DNA of 33,750 bases from a virus (IMGVR_UViG_3300027612_000013:1-33750); one strand, 5' to 3'; shown: positions 7,649-16,780, counted from the stretch's first letter. The notes: generated by a model from the letters alone, not told the origin. Numbers and translations: made by a program.

Positions 7649-7945
7649 ATGAGCATAGAAAACACCATTTCGACGGACCTCAAGGCGGCAGTGGCAGACG
7701 CTGCAACCCCACCTGTCGGAGCATGGCGCGTAGAAACCGAAGGCGACGACATCTACTTGATCTGGGAATGCAAAGAGGCCGATTGGCCCGAAGATGCATA
7801 CGGCGATGAGCCTTGGACCGTGTGGGGCGGCGATGAAATCATCAAGGCTTCTTTCATTGGCGAGCAGGATGATGCGCAGGATGATGCAGGAAGCAGCTCG
7901 GACGGCGGACTGATAACCCACTGGGCGTGCTGGTCACGCCCCTAG
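7649..7945 (+). CDS. small acidic Trp-rich early protein
   Basis: 98 aa; hand count gives ~22 D/E, 5 K/R and 7 W. First gene after the strong promoter. Confidence 0.75.
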   Translation: MSIENTISTDLKAAVADAATPPVGAWRVETEGDDIYLIWECKEADWPEDAYGDEPWTVWGGDEIIKASFIGEQDDAQDDAGSSSDGGLITHWACWSRP

Positions 7946-7996
7946 CAACCAACCGGCGCCGATATAGGCGCCTCCACAACAACCGAAGAGGCAATC

Positions 7997-8194
7997 ATGA
8001 ACATCTCCCAAATCCGAGACACGACCGAAATCCACGAACACGAGATCGAGGAGGCGAAAGACGCAGGTCTCCTGGTTCATACCGAGATCGAATACGAATT
8101 CGGCGGAAGGCAGGTCAAGCGACACTTCGCGGCCCATCCGCATTTCGTAATCAACTACGTCGAAAACGGCGGCCTCTGGAGCTGCATGAGCTAA
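7997..8194 (+). CDS. hypothetical protein
   Basis: 65 aa, GAGG SD, in the early operon. Confidence 0.7.
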   Translation: MNISQIRDTTEIHEHEIEEAKDAGLLVHTEIEYEFGGRQVKRHFAAHPHFVINYVENGGLWSCMS

Positions 8195-8207
8195 AGGGGA
8201 ATGTAAG

Positions 8208-8390
8208 GTGACAAATCTAAAACACCCCCTGAGCTATTTCGTCGGACTCGACGGCATGGGTCGCCCGGACCTCGCAGCAAAAGCGGCCGCAAGCGATGGT
8301 CGCCAAGTGATCGCCCTGCACTATGCCAAAAAGGCCGGCATGGCTCCTCAGCAGGCATTCTCCGAACACAAGAACAGGTGGATAAGATGA
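8208..8390 (+). CDS. hypothetical protein
   Basis: GTG start after GGGGA. Its stop overlaps the next ATG. Confidence 0.55.
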   Translation: MTNLKHPLSYFVGLDGMGRPDLAAKAAASDGRQVIALHYAKKAGMAPQQAFSEHKNRWIR

Positions 8391-8845
8391 AGAAATCTCT
8401 CACGGAGCACATGATTGGCGAGTACTGCGTCGTGCGTACCGAAAGCGCGGGAGTCCACGCGGGATTCCTGAGCGGCCACGACAAGCAAGAGTGCATCCTG
8501 AGCGACACCCGTAGGATCTACTACTGGGATGGGGCAGCAAGCCTCAGTCAGCTTGCCAGGGATGGCGTAAATGCCCCGGAAAACTGCAAATTCTCAGTAC
8601 CCCTGCCTGCGATCTTTCTTGCTGGGGTAATCGAGATAATCCCATGCACGGCCGGTGCCGAGAGGAACATCCGAGCCGTTCCTGAATGGAAAGCCAGCGG
8701 CAGTGGCGGATTCGGAAGCGGAAGCGGAAGCGGCGGCGGCAGTGCCAACGGCAGCGGGACCGGGGACGGTTACGGCAGCGGCGGCGGCTACTACGGGGCA
8801 GACGGTGAAGGCAAAGGCCACGGTGATGGTGGCGGAAATGAATAA
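8387..8845 (+). CDS. conserved phage protein (DUF6948-like) with Gly-rich tail
   Basis: IGEYCVVRTESAGVHAG...RRIYYWDGAASLSQLA..G..EIIPCT, followed by GSG/GYG repeats. Confidence 0.75.
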   Translation: MKKSLTEHMIGEYCVVRTESAGVHAGFLSGHDKQECILSDTRRIYYWDGAASLSQLARDGVNAPENCKFSVPLPAIFLAGVIEIIPCTAGAERNIRAVPEWKASGSGGFGSGSGSGGGSANGSGTGDGYGSGGGYYGADGEGKGHGDGGGNE

Positions 8846-9083
8846 ATGCGCAATTGAACACGACCTTGCCGCCTATGACCAGCGGCAGTCATGCGCCGAG
8901 CAAGCCGAGGCAAAGTCAGCGTGGCTACTCGATCAGTTCTACAAAATGGATATCGACGACCTGATCTGGCAGCTTGAGCAATGCAACCAGGGCGGAACAG
9001 CTGTATCGCGCCAAAAGGTCAAGCAACTGGTCAACAAGATCGAGGAATCGCTCAAGGAAATTGCGGAGATCATGTCGTCATGA
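8838..9083 (+). CDS. hypothetical protein
   Basis: MNKCAIEHDL start overlaps the upstream gene end. ATGA overlap downstream. Confidence 0.65.
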   Translation: MNKCAIEHDLAAYDQRQSCAEQAEAKSAWLLDQFYKMDIDDLIWQLEQCNQGGTAVSRQKVKQLVNKIEESLKEIAEIMSS

Positions 9084-9256
9084 ACATCACAGAGACTTTC
9101 CAAGCCAACGCCCTCGCGGAGGAGATAGAGGAATACGCACGCGAGATCAACCCGGTTGTCATGGAAGGCCAACGGGCAATCTATCTGATGGCCAAGGTCA
9201 GATGGGCGCTCAACGAACTCGGTTCAACCGTCAACATGCAGGTGAAGACCAAATGA
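9080..9256 (+). CDS. hypothetical protein
   Basis: MNITETF start with GGAG upstream. ATGA overlaps at both ends. Confidence 0.65.
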   Translation: MNITETFQANALAEEIEEYAREINPVVMEGQRAIYLMAKVRWALNELGSTVNMQVKTK

Positions 9257-9951
9257 TCATTAAGCGATTTCAGCAAGGGTCGGACGAATGGATCGATGCG
9301 CGGGTTGGCCGGGTCACGATGTCCCACGCGAAGGAGTTATTGACCGGCGGGTCAGGTGTGACTCGCCACAATTACCTCCTCGATGTTTGCAGCGAGCGCT
9401 TGACGGGTCGCCAGGTTGAGCAGGTCAGTACATGGGACATGGAACGCGGAATACTGCTCGAGCCTTTCGCGCTCGAAGCCTATCAGATGCAGACCGGGAG
9501 CGAAATAGACACCATCGGGCTCGCCTACCTCGACGAAAGCGAAAAGATCAGCGCCAGTCCTGATGGACTGACCGGCTCGGGAGGCAATGGGGGCGTCGAG
9601 ATCAAATGCCCACGACCTCGCAATCATATGCGCTACCTGGACAGTGCCACAGCCATGAAGCAATACATGGGGCAAGTGCAAGGCAACATGTGGATTTTCG
9701 GTGCTGAATATTGGGACTTCGTGTCATTCTGCCCCGAGTTTTCCGCGTGCCCTCTGCATATCCAGCGGATCGAGCGGGACGACGACATGATCGAGAAGAT
9801 CAAAATGGCCGCCCTCGATGGGGTTGAGACGGTCGACGCCATGGAACACGCGATACGGCGCAACCCAAGGGCAGACTGGATGGACGCGATTTGTTCAGAG
9901 GCAATCGTGGCGGTGGATGCATATCTGAATGATGGTGAGGTGGAGCTATGA
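9253..9951 (+). CDS. YqaJ/lambda-exonuclease family protein
   Basis: QGSDEW...R.GRVT.S, MERG..LEP.A, SASPDGL, VEIKCP, Y..QVQ..MW. Confidence 0.93.
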   Translation: MIIKRFQQGSDEWIDARVGRVTMSHAKELLTGGSGVTRHNYLLDVCSERLTGRQVEQVSTWDMERGILLEPFALEAYQMQTGSEIDTIGLAYLDESEKISASPDGLTGSGGNGGVEIKCPRPRNHMRYLDSATAMKQYMGQVQGNMWIFGAEYWDFVSFCPEFSACPLHIQRIERDDDMIEKIKMAALDGVETVDAMEHAIRRNPRADWMDAICSEAIVAVDAYLNDGEVEL

Positions 9952-10508
9952 AAGAGCAAGATTTCGATTTTGGGGACACGATTGCCCCGAAGAGTGACCA
10001 GCTCAACGCCGACGATTTGATCACTGGCCAGGTCATTGTGAAGGTCACGGATGTCTCGCGTGGCACGCCTGACCAGCCCATCTCGATCCACATCGAAGGA
10101 CGCCAGCCATACAAGCCCTGCCTGTCCATGCGCCGCGTAATCATTGCGGCATGGGGCAAAAACGGAAAGTCATGGATTGGCGAGCGGCTTGCACTCTACG
10201 CCGAACCGGAAGTTACCTGGGGAGGGGCCAAGGTCGGCGGGATCAGGATCAAAAGCATGTCGGGCATCGACAAACCGATCACGCTGATGCTGACCTACAA
10301 GCGGGGCAAACGCTCGCCTTTTACGGTGCAGCCCCTTCCGGACGAGCCCGTCTCATATCCCCAGGACCTGTTCGAAAAGAACATAAATTCATGGGCGGAC
10401 ATGGTCATTGCCGGGGAGCTTACGGTCGAGCAGATCACCGAGAAGGCCGGACAACGCGCGCCGCTGACAGACGCGCAAATCGAAACGTTGAACGAGATGA
10501 CAAAATGA
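9948..10508 (+). CDS. conserved phage protein, putative ssDNA-binding/recombination partner
   Basis: PKSDQLNADDL..PYKPC.SMRRV...WG...W.G..L.LY..P.V.WGG.KVGGIRI. Translationally coupled to the exonuclease. Confidence 0.6.
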   Translation: MKEQDFDFGDTIAPKSDQLNADDLITGQVIVKVTDVSRGTPDQPISIHIEGRQPYKPCLSMRRVIIAAWGKNGKSWIGERLALYAEPEVTWGGAKVGGIRIKSMSGIDKPITLMLTYKRGKRSPFTVQPLPDEPVSYPQDLFEKNINSWADMVIAGELTVEQITEKAGQRAPLTDAQIETLNEMTK

Positions 10509-10654
10509 AATACGCACTGAAGAGGCAGCGCGAGATGCTGGCCGCCGAGAAGCTTGCCAGGGTACGTCGCGAGATCGATGCCATGAAGGCGATCGAGAAG
10601 ACGGCGGATGAGCTGCGGCTCAAAGGCAAAATTGAGGAAAAGGTGACGAAATGA
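10505..10654 (+). CDS. small coiled-coil hypothetical protein
   Basis: MKYALKRQRE..., ATGA overlaps on both sides. Confidence 0.6.
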   Translation: MKYALKRQREMLAAEKLARVRREIDAMKAIEKTADELRLKGKIEEKVTK

Positions 10655-11685
10655 AAGAACTGATATCGATGGAACTCCAGGCAATCCAGCTGTTCCAGAC
10701 TGGCGGGACAGAAGACCTGATCCACAAGATCGAGGTCGAAGCGAGAAGTGTCCTGCCTGATGTGACGACGCCAAAAGGACGAAAGGCGATAGCCAGCAAT
10801 GCTGCCAAGGTCGCACGAAGCAAGACTTACCTTGACGGACTCGGAAAAGAACTGGTGTCCGGTCTCAAGGCTCAGGCGAAGGCCGTAGACGAAGAGCGGC
10901 GCAACATGCGGTGCAGACTCGACACGCTAAAGGCCGAAGTCCGCCAGCCGCTGACCGATTTTGAGAGCCGCGAGAAGGATCGCGTAGCCGGTCTTCAGAC
11001 ACGTGTTGCTGAATCGTTCGCAATCCACGATACGTCGACTCTGGAGACAATCGATGCGCAAATCGCGAGGATTACTGCGGTTCCTATCGATGGTACCTGG
11101 GAGGAGTTTAAGGCCACTGCCGAGCGGGCACAACATTCGGCCCTGACAAAACTGACAGCGGCGAGAAATGAGGAGCTGAAGCGGATCTCCGAAGCGGAGC
11201 AGCGCAAGGCAGCAGAGGAAAAGGCCCGCGAAGAGCGCGAGGAGCGGATCCGGGCAAAGGCCAAGGCCGATGCAAAGGCCGAAGCGGAGAGACAGGCAAA
11301 GGCCGAAGCGGAGACTGCGCGGCGCGCGGCAGATGCCAAAGCCGCAGCAGATAGAGTTAAGCAAGAGCGTAAAATCTTCGAAGCGCAAAAGAAGGCGAAG
11401 GACGCCGAAAAAGAAGCGGCTCGGGTAAAAGCTGAGGCACAGCAGAAGGTTCGGGACGCGCAGGAAAAGGCAAGGATTGCCGAGCAGGAATGGCTCGCGA
11501 AAGCGGCGAAGGAGAGGGCGAAGGAGGAAGCCGCCAAGAAGAACCGCGAAGTGCAGGCACGAGTGCACAACGAAATGGCGAAGGCAATCTCAGATGCCAC
11601 TGGCGTTGATTGCGGTGTTGCCCGCAAAGTCGTCAAGGCCATTGCGAAAGGACATGTCCCGCACGTGCAGGTCAACTACTCCTAA
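10651..11685 (+). CDS. phage coiled-coil protein (often annotated TolA-like)
   Basis: PDVTTPKGRKAIAS.A.KVARSKT.LD..GK.LV..LK..., a long A/E/K/R helix and C-terminal IAKGHVPHVQVNY. Confidence 0.8.
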   Translation: MKELISMELQAIQLFQTGGTEDLIHKIEVEARSVLPDVTTPKGRKAIASNAAKVARSKTYLDGLGKELVSGLKAQAKAVDEERRNMRCRLDTLKAEVRQPLTDFESREKDRVAGLQTRVAESFAIHDTSTLETIDAQIARITAVPIDGTWEEFKATAERAQHSALTKLTAARNEELKRISEAEQRKAAEEKAREEREERIRAKAKADAKAEAERQAKAEAETARRAADAKAAADRVKQERKIFEAQKKAKDAEKEAARVKAEAQQKVRDAQEKARIAEQEWLAKAAKERAKEEAAKKNREVQARVHNEMAKAISDATGVDCGVARKVVKAIAKGHVPHVQVNYS

Positions 11686-11726
11686 CCAGTACGGCCATGG
11701 ACGGCCGCAAAGATAAGGTGACACTT

Positions 11727-12173
11727 ATGGCAAAGAAAAACTTTATTGCAAGAAAAGAATATCCGCTGAGCAGATCGCGCAAGATCAAGATCGAGCGGGT
11801 TTATCAGGTCGGTCAAGAAATCTCTGGCGTTAAGGTCCTGGAAGTATTTCCAGAAGAACCAGAGCGCTTTTCGGAATACAGGATAAAAAATCTGTGTTGC
11901 GGATCAGAAGGGACTGTGCAGCACAAGACTCTTTATTATCGGTCCAGGAAAGGGGTTACGCTGTGCCGATCGTGCTCGCACAAACTCACCCTGCACAACC
12001 GATGGGGATACACCGCGCCACCTCCAAAACGAAAGGCTTTCGATAAGGCTCCTGCATGGCCCCCCCCGAGCAATAACATCCACCCGAGCGAAGGCCAGGA
12101 CGCAACGCCTGCAGACTTCATGATCGACGTGGCAACCGAGCAATTACGGCTTTTGACGATTAGGGGGGAATAA
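11727..12173 (+). CDS. hypothetical zinc-ribbon protein
   Basis: AAGG upstream of the ATG at 11727. CCG...CxxC motif and Pro-rich tail. Confidence 0.65.
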   Translation: MAKKNFIARKEYPLSRSRKIKIERVYQVGQEISGVKVLEVFPEEPERFSEYRIKNLCCGSEGTVQHKTLYYRSRKGVTLCRSCSHKLTLHNRWGYTAPPPKRKAFDKAPAWPPPSNNIHPSEGQDATPADFMIDVATEQLRLLTIRGE

Positions 12174-12358
12174 TGATCATCGCCACAAAACCTGCGGAGA
12201 AAAGGGCTCTCGCAAAAGCACTGGAGCTTCATGACCCCGAGACGATGGCGGCAATCAAGCTGCTGTCGGTCGCAATCGGTGGAACGAAATCAGTTCTCTA
12301 TGAAAATGACTCGCCGGACAAACAGGACAAGATAGAGAGGGATTTCACGCTGTTCTAG
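12173..12358 (+). CDS. hypothetical protein
   Basis: TAATG overlap and GGGGG SD. Last plus-strand gene. Confidence 0.65.
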   Translation: MIIATKPAEKRALAKALELHDPETMAAIKLLSVAIGGTKSVLYENDSPDKQDKIERDFTLF

Positions 12359-12376
12359 GCCGCAACTCGCTCGGTG

Positions 12377-14578
12377 TCATACGGCGCCGAGCGGGAACAG
12401 AAGACCATCCCCGTAATTGTACGGTAGTCCGTCCGTAACAAACCAATCCCCAGGAGATCTCGCGTAGTACCCTGCCCCTGCGTAATAGCTAGCCCTCGAA
12501 TCGACCGACACGCCAACCGGCGACATACCACCGACATAAAAAAACTGGCTCCAATCACCAATTGGAAGCGACTGTGATTGATTCGGCGACACCAAAACAG
12601 CCGTGTCGTTGATATCGTCAATTGGTATGATTGTCTCGGATGTCGGCGGGTTTTCTGATGTCGGACCCATGCCGCAGCCGGGGTCTCCCCCTGCCCAGTA
12701 TCCGCCGCGGCTATCAAACCGCATCTTGAAGTTGTCGACAACAGATCCGTCCCACGTCCACTCGCCTCCAGTTGAAAGCGATTTTGCGACATTGGTCTCG
12801 GTAAAGTCCCAGGTGTAACTCTGTTCCGACCCGGTGACGCGGCTATGCGTGACGCTGTACACCGCCTCTGGATCATTCGTGATAATCAGTGGGCGTTCGA
12901 GCGAGAATAGATTCTGAGTGCGGATGTTTTCTGTCTCTAGCGCCCGGACCAGATCGTATGTAAACAGTCCATAAACGTTGTGTTTTTTCCGGTCGCAGGT
13001 TGGTTCTGCTTCGTACCATCCAGCTTTCCAACATCCCAGCGGGATTTCGCAGAACCATGTTGACGCCGCGTCGACCTCGTACCAGATCCCTTCAAGCTGG
13101 CCAAGCACCTTCGTCCCAATATTGCTGGTCGAAAATGTCTTGCTCTTCGTTGTGCCGCTGTCGAATGTGCCGCTTGCTGGGGTGACACCGGCAACATACG
13201 GCCCGCCATAAGTGAGCGTGCTCACGTCGACATAAGACTTTGACCCGCCCCCGCCCCCGCAAGTATAAATCGGCCCGTAGTCTCCAGTATTCGTGTCGTC
13301 TACCGACTCATAGACCATGTTGTACCGAGCCATTTCTTCCTTATCGTCGCTCCAGAAGCAATACAGGGGCACGTCCGCAATAGGTGTCGCCGGGTCGCCA
13401 ATCATGTTTGGCGGATGATCAAGGAAATCGTACTGAGTTCCGTCGGCTGATGGATACCAGACTGGCCCTTGATTTGTCAGCATTGCCCAGTCAGTGGGAC
13501 CCTCTTGGATCGCCGGGTTGACGCTAAGCACTCCATTATTTAGCGCAAATTCCAGGTGAGCGTGGATTGCGTGCCAGCGATATGTCCCGGTCGGTGACCC
13601 GACTGTAGTCACGCCATGCGTTACGATGCTGGCCTTTGTCACGTCCTCTAGAGGAGTGCCGAACCGCTGCCGAGTGTATGCCCATCCGTGAGCAATTTCA
13701 TGAGCATTCTTCTCCCAGATAGGACCAAGTTCGGTCGGTCCTGCTATCTGCACGCCTGCCCCAACAGTCATCCCTCGCATTACCCATGAGTCATATAGGC
13801 GTCGCGTGTTGTCGTCCAGGGAGATAGATCCTCGGTGATGTGCGTTCAGCCATTCGAGTATTGACTGCGACTCGGGGGCAAGAAGCATCGGCCTGGCTAT
13901 AACGTAACTGTCGTCAAGCGATGCGCGAATGAGCCAATACTGATATGTGTCGAGGGTCGCGTCCCAGAGACGGAACAGTCCATCTTCGCCTGGACGAAGC
14001 GGGTCGGCTGAACCGAACACAACGGCCGGGTCGAGGTTCCCACCAAGCACGACCTGAATTAATAGACGCAGCAGTCCAGTATAGGCGTTAGGCTGGAGCG
14101 ATTTCGAGATAGGCCACATGTTGTCCCACTGGTCCTGATCCGTCCACACCTGGCTTTTGTACGGATATGCCAGCCAGTAGCTTGCGCTTGTCGTCCAGTA
14201 CAGATCGCCCGACTGTGACTTGGCCAGTCCGCCAATCAGGTATTGGTTCGGAGGGGCACTTGGCGGTGCTGTGCCTGCGCTTGTCAGGTATGCCCTTGTC
14301 CAGTCGGTAGAGTAGACATCTACTGGGACAGACTGCGGAGGGGCCGTCTGCCACATCATCCCGTGCTCAAGGATCAGATCCGAGTCGATCAGAAGGTCAG
14401 GCCCACTAAATTGAATGCCGGTGCCGATGGTTGGCGGGAACCCGGATCTTGACTTGGGCGACCTGGCCGATTGATACGGCGGGTACAGCAGAGACTCGAT
14501 GGCAGATTGCTGACCATTGGCCGCCCGCCGGCGAACCTCGGCGTTCGCCCATGCTTGAAGGTCTCGGCGAAAGCTCAT
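12377..14578 (-). CDS. putative tail tip/receptor-binding protein
   Basis: 733 aa, last gene of the tail operon, rich in aromatic, Gly, Ser and Thr residues. Called by position. Confidence 0.55.
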   Translation of the reverse strand: MSFRRDLQAWANAEVRRRAANGQQSAIESLLYPPYQSARSPKSRSGFPPTIGTGIQFSGPDLLIDSDLILEHGMMWQTAPPQSVPVDVYSTDWTRAYLTSAGTAPPSAPPNQYLIGGLAKSQSGDLYWTTSASYWLAYPYKSQVWTDQDQWDNMWPISKSLQPNAYTGLLRLLIQVVLGGNLDPAVVFGSADPLRPGEDGLFRLWDATLDTYQYWLIRASLDDSYVIARPMLLAPESQSILEWLNAHHRGSISLDDNTRRLYDSWVMRGMTVGAGVQIAGPTELGPIWEKNAHEIAHGWAYTRQRFGTPLEDVTKASIVTHGVTTVGSPTGTYRWHAIHAHLEFALNNGVLSVNPAIQEGPTDWAMLTNQGPVWYPSADGTQYDFLDHPPNMIGDPATPIADVPLYCFWSDDKEEMARYNMVYESVDDTNTGDYGPIYTCGGGGGSKSYVDVSTLTYGGPYVAGVTPASGTFDSGTTKSKTFSTSNIGTKVLGQLEGIWYEVDAASTWFCEIPLGCWKAGWYEAEPTCDRKKHNVYGLFTYDLVRALETENIRTQNLFSLERPLIITNDPEAVYSVTHSRVTGSEQSYTWDFTETNVAKSLSTGGEWTWDGSVVDNFKMRFDSRGGYWAGGDPGCGMGPTSENPPTSETIIPIDDINDTAVLVSPNQSQSLPIGDWSQFFYVGGMSPVGVSVDSRASYYAGAGYYARSPGDWFVTDGLPYNYGDGLLFPLGAV

Positions 14579-14733
14579 GATTGATCCGGGAGCGGCTGGA
14601 CTGTCATGCCGGTCGATATCAGCGGAAGAATTCCTGAACGGATAGGCGCCGGGTCACGCTTCAGCTTAAGGCGACGCTGCCGAGCATAGGCGATCCGGTT
14701 TAGCTCCCGCGAGATTTTGCTGTTGTTGCTCAT
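14575..14733 (-). CDS. small tail-associated protein (52 aa, not in ORF track)
   Basis: MSNNSKISRELNRIAYARQRRLKLKRDPAPIRSGILPLISTGMTVQPLPDQS. ATGA overlaps at both ends fill the gap exactly. Confidence 0.7.
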   Translation of the reverse strand: MSNNSKISRELNRIAYARQRRLKLKRDPAPIRSGILPLISTGMTVQPLPDQS

Positions 14734-16397
14734 GTAATTGAAAAAGTATCATCCGGAATTGCAACGTTGTATGTTGCAGCGGTAGTAGCCGCCAGCTCAT
14801 TCACGGCTTCATCCTCGACGCCAACAGTACCCACCCGGAACTCGCCACCGGGATATATCTGGTCCTCGGTGGGGATATCAGGTGGCGTGAAGATCCCGCG
14901 CGAGTTGATAATCCAGCCGGTCCAGGTGTCGCCGTTCGGCGGGTAGTCAGGCGAGTCAAGTCTGTTGCCGACGTGATTATTCAGAATTGTATTTGTTGCC
15001 GGCGCTTGATGCTGCGGCGAAGTGTCCGGCCGCGCGGGTGGCGCAAGGGTATCTCCGGTGCCTCCAGCTCCACGGGTAATCGCCAGCGTGATCCGCATGG
15101 ACGGAGTGTTGCGGTCCAGGTTGAACGCAAGAGACTGAACCTTGCCCTTTGCATTCAATGTCCCGCTTTGGAGCACGACACCACTCAGCTCGATGGTGCT
15201 CGCCAGTGTGATCGCCGGGTTGATATCAGCGACGAATGTCAAGGTGTTGCGGTGCCTCTCCCAGATTGTGGTCATGGCTGACTGCAAGGAGCACTGAATA
15301 TCATTCGCCAGGGTAGCGGTGTCGTCCTGGTTCTCGAAGCGGTCACCGTTCGAATCAGCGGTCCATCCGGATTGATACCCAGCCGCGTCAGTGAATGAGT
15401 CGCCATCAACGGGTGTATCCCGGCCGGCCGCACGGGTGCGCGTGACTGTTCCATACCGAGCAATCGATGCTGACGACTGGACCGTAAGCGTATAGTCCTC
15501 CCCTATTGGCTGAGCAAAGTTCTTATATAGATCCAATGACGCGACGGTGACGATCATCGTTTCAAGGCTGTGCTCCTCGGACAGGTCATAGACGATCACG
15601 CCATTGTCGCAGCTCGCGAAATATGGATTCCCGTCATAGTCCTCCCGGAGCAACGCCCATCCAGTCCCGAGAACAGCGCTGCGGATCGGATCCACCAGAG
15701 GAAGCTCGAATGAATCCTGTCCGGCCGCCGTGTACCACTCGCACCAAGTCGTGTGTCCGGCTGGGTTGTTGAATGCGAACGAATAGGCGTAAGAGTGCAG
15801 CCGAGATAGCCATCTCGTGAAGCCATAGCCGTAAGATATCTCGACGCTATTGACCTGGTCGTCGGCCGCACGTTCGACATAAGCATTCGAAGGGATGCTG
15901 TGGATATTGTCGCCGGTCAAAACGAAATCGGGCGTTGCCTTGGCCGCCCAGTCAACCAGCTGCATGACTCCAGCCGCGTCGAAGTGGACCTCGGCTGGCA
16001 CTGTTGACAGGCAATCCTGCGTGTACTTCCATCGGTCTTCGCTGTTTCCGAATACAGCATCTGAGTAGACCGAGTCAGTGATGAAGTCGAGGACTTCCTG
16101 GTCGGTCAACTGGCGAAAGTGTTCTTGTATTTCGTTGCTGCTCTGGATCTCGTAATTGCCTGTCGCGATGTCGTACGTTGACCGGGTCACCTTTCCAAGA
16201 TGGACAGGTGTCAGCGCGCCGGCGCCGACCGAAATCAGCACTTCAACAGATTGTCCACGGAAGTCTTCGGCCACGGCCGGGCGAAATGTGAAGGACGCCA
16301 GCCCTGAGCCGCTTTCAGTAGCTTCGGTTGTCGGCGCGTTGATGATCATGGACGTAACGTCAACGGCGTTGAGCATGACCTGCAATGACCAAATCAT
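14730..16397 (-). CDS. putative tail tip/baseplate hub protein
   Basis: 555 aa, two genes after the tape measure. Hub-like features (SIARYG, GKVQSL.FNL...ITLAI). Confidence 0.65.
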   Translation of the reverse strand: MIWSLQVMLNAVDVTSMIINAPTTEATESGSGLASFTFRPAVAEDFRGQSVEVLISVGAGALTPVHLGKVTRSTYDIATGNYEIQSSNEIQEHFRQLTDQEVLDFITDSVYSDAVFGNSEDRWKYTQDCLSTVPAEVHFDAAGVMQLVDWAAKATPDFVLTGDNIHSIPSNAYVERAADDQVNSVEISYGYGFTRWLSRLHSYAYSFAFNNPAGHTTWCEWYTAAGQDSFELPLVDPIRSAVLGTGWALLREDYDGNPYFASCDNGVIVYDLSEEHSLETMIVTVASLDLYKNFAQPIGEDYTLTVQSSASIARYGTVTRTRAAGRDTPVDGDSFTDAAGYQSGWTADSNGDRFENQDDTATLANDIQCSLQSAMTTIWERHRNTLTFVADINPAITLASTIELSGVVLQSGTLNAKGKVQSLAFNLDRNTPSMRITLAITRGAGGTGDTLAPPARPDTSPQHQAPATNTILNNHVGNRLDSPDYPPNGDTWTGWIINSRGIFTPPDIPTEDQIYPGGEFRVGTVGVEDEAVNELAATTAATYNVAIPDDTFSIT

Positions 16398-16780
16398 GAC
16401 AGCGTTTCCCGAAGCGTCAGGTTGAAGGTGTGCTGAGCGCTCGGCTGGTTGTAGGTCTCAACAGGCGTGAACGGGACGACCTTGACAATCAGCGGGGTGC
16501 CCTCGGGGTCAAGCGGGTCACGTAATTCTGCGGTCCAGTAGTCAGCCGATCGGTCAAGCGCTTCCAAGCCGGTTGCGGCCCTGCCCTGTGCCGAGAACTG
16601 CCACGTGCGGCGGCGGAACAGCTCCCATCGCCGAGCGCGGCCTGTGAGATATTCGATCTCGCCGTACCCCGTGTTTGTGTCGTCGCCTGTTATGGTGTGG
16701 TGCCTGGTCGCGCATGCCGGCACAACGACGGTCAGGACACCATCATCAATAGCTAATACTACTGGCGTTCTTGTGCTCAT
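16394..16780 (-). CDS. putative distal tail protein
   Basis: 128-aa beta-rich protein directly after the tape measure, ending FNLTLRE. Confidence 0.6.
   Translation of the reverse strand: MSTRTPVVLAIDDGVLTVVVPACATRHHTITGDDTNTGYGEIEYLTGRARRWELFRRRTWQFSAQGRAATGLEALDRSADYWTAELRDPLDPEGTPLIVKVVPFTPVETYNQPSAQHTFNLTLRETLS

Noticed and set aside
10927-11675. Two long minus-strand ORFs
   Set aside because: Shadows of the A/E/K-rich coiled-coil gene, whose codon use leaves antisense frames open.
10651-11685. True TolA
   Set aside because: No TM anchor or TolA C-terminal domain; the similarity is compositional only.
12377-14578. Diversity-generating retroelement target
   Set aside because: No reverse transcriptase ORF, and no template/variable repeat pair noticed.
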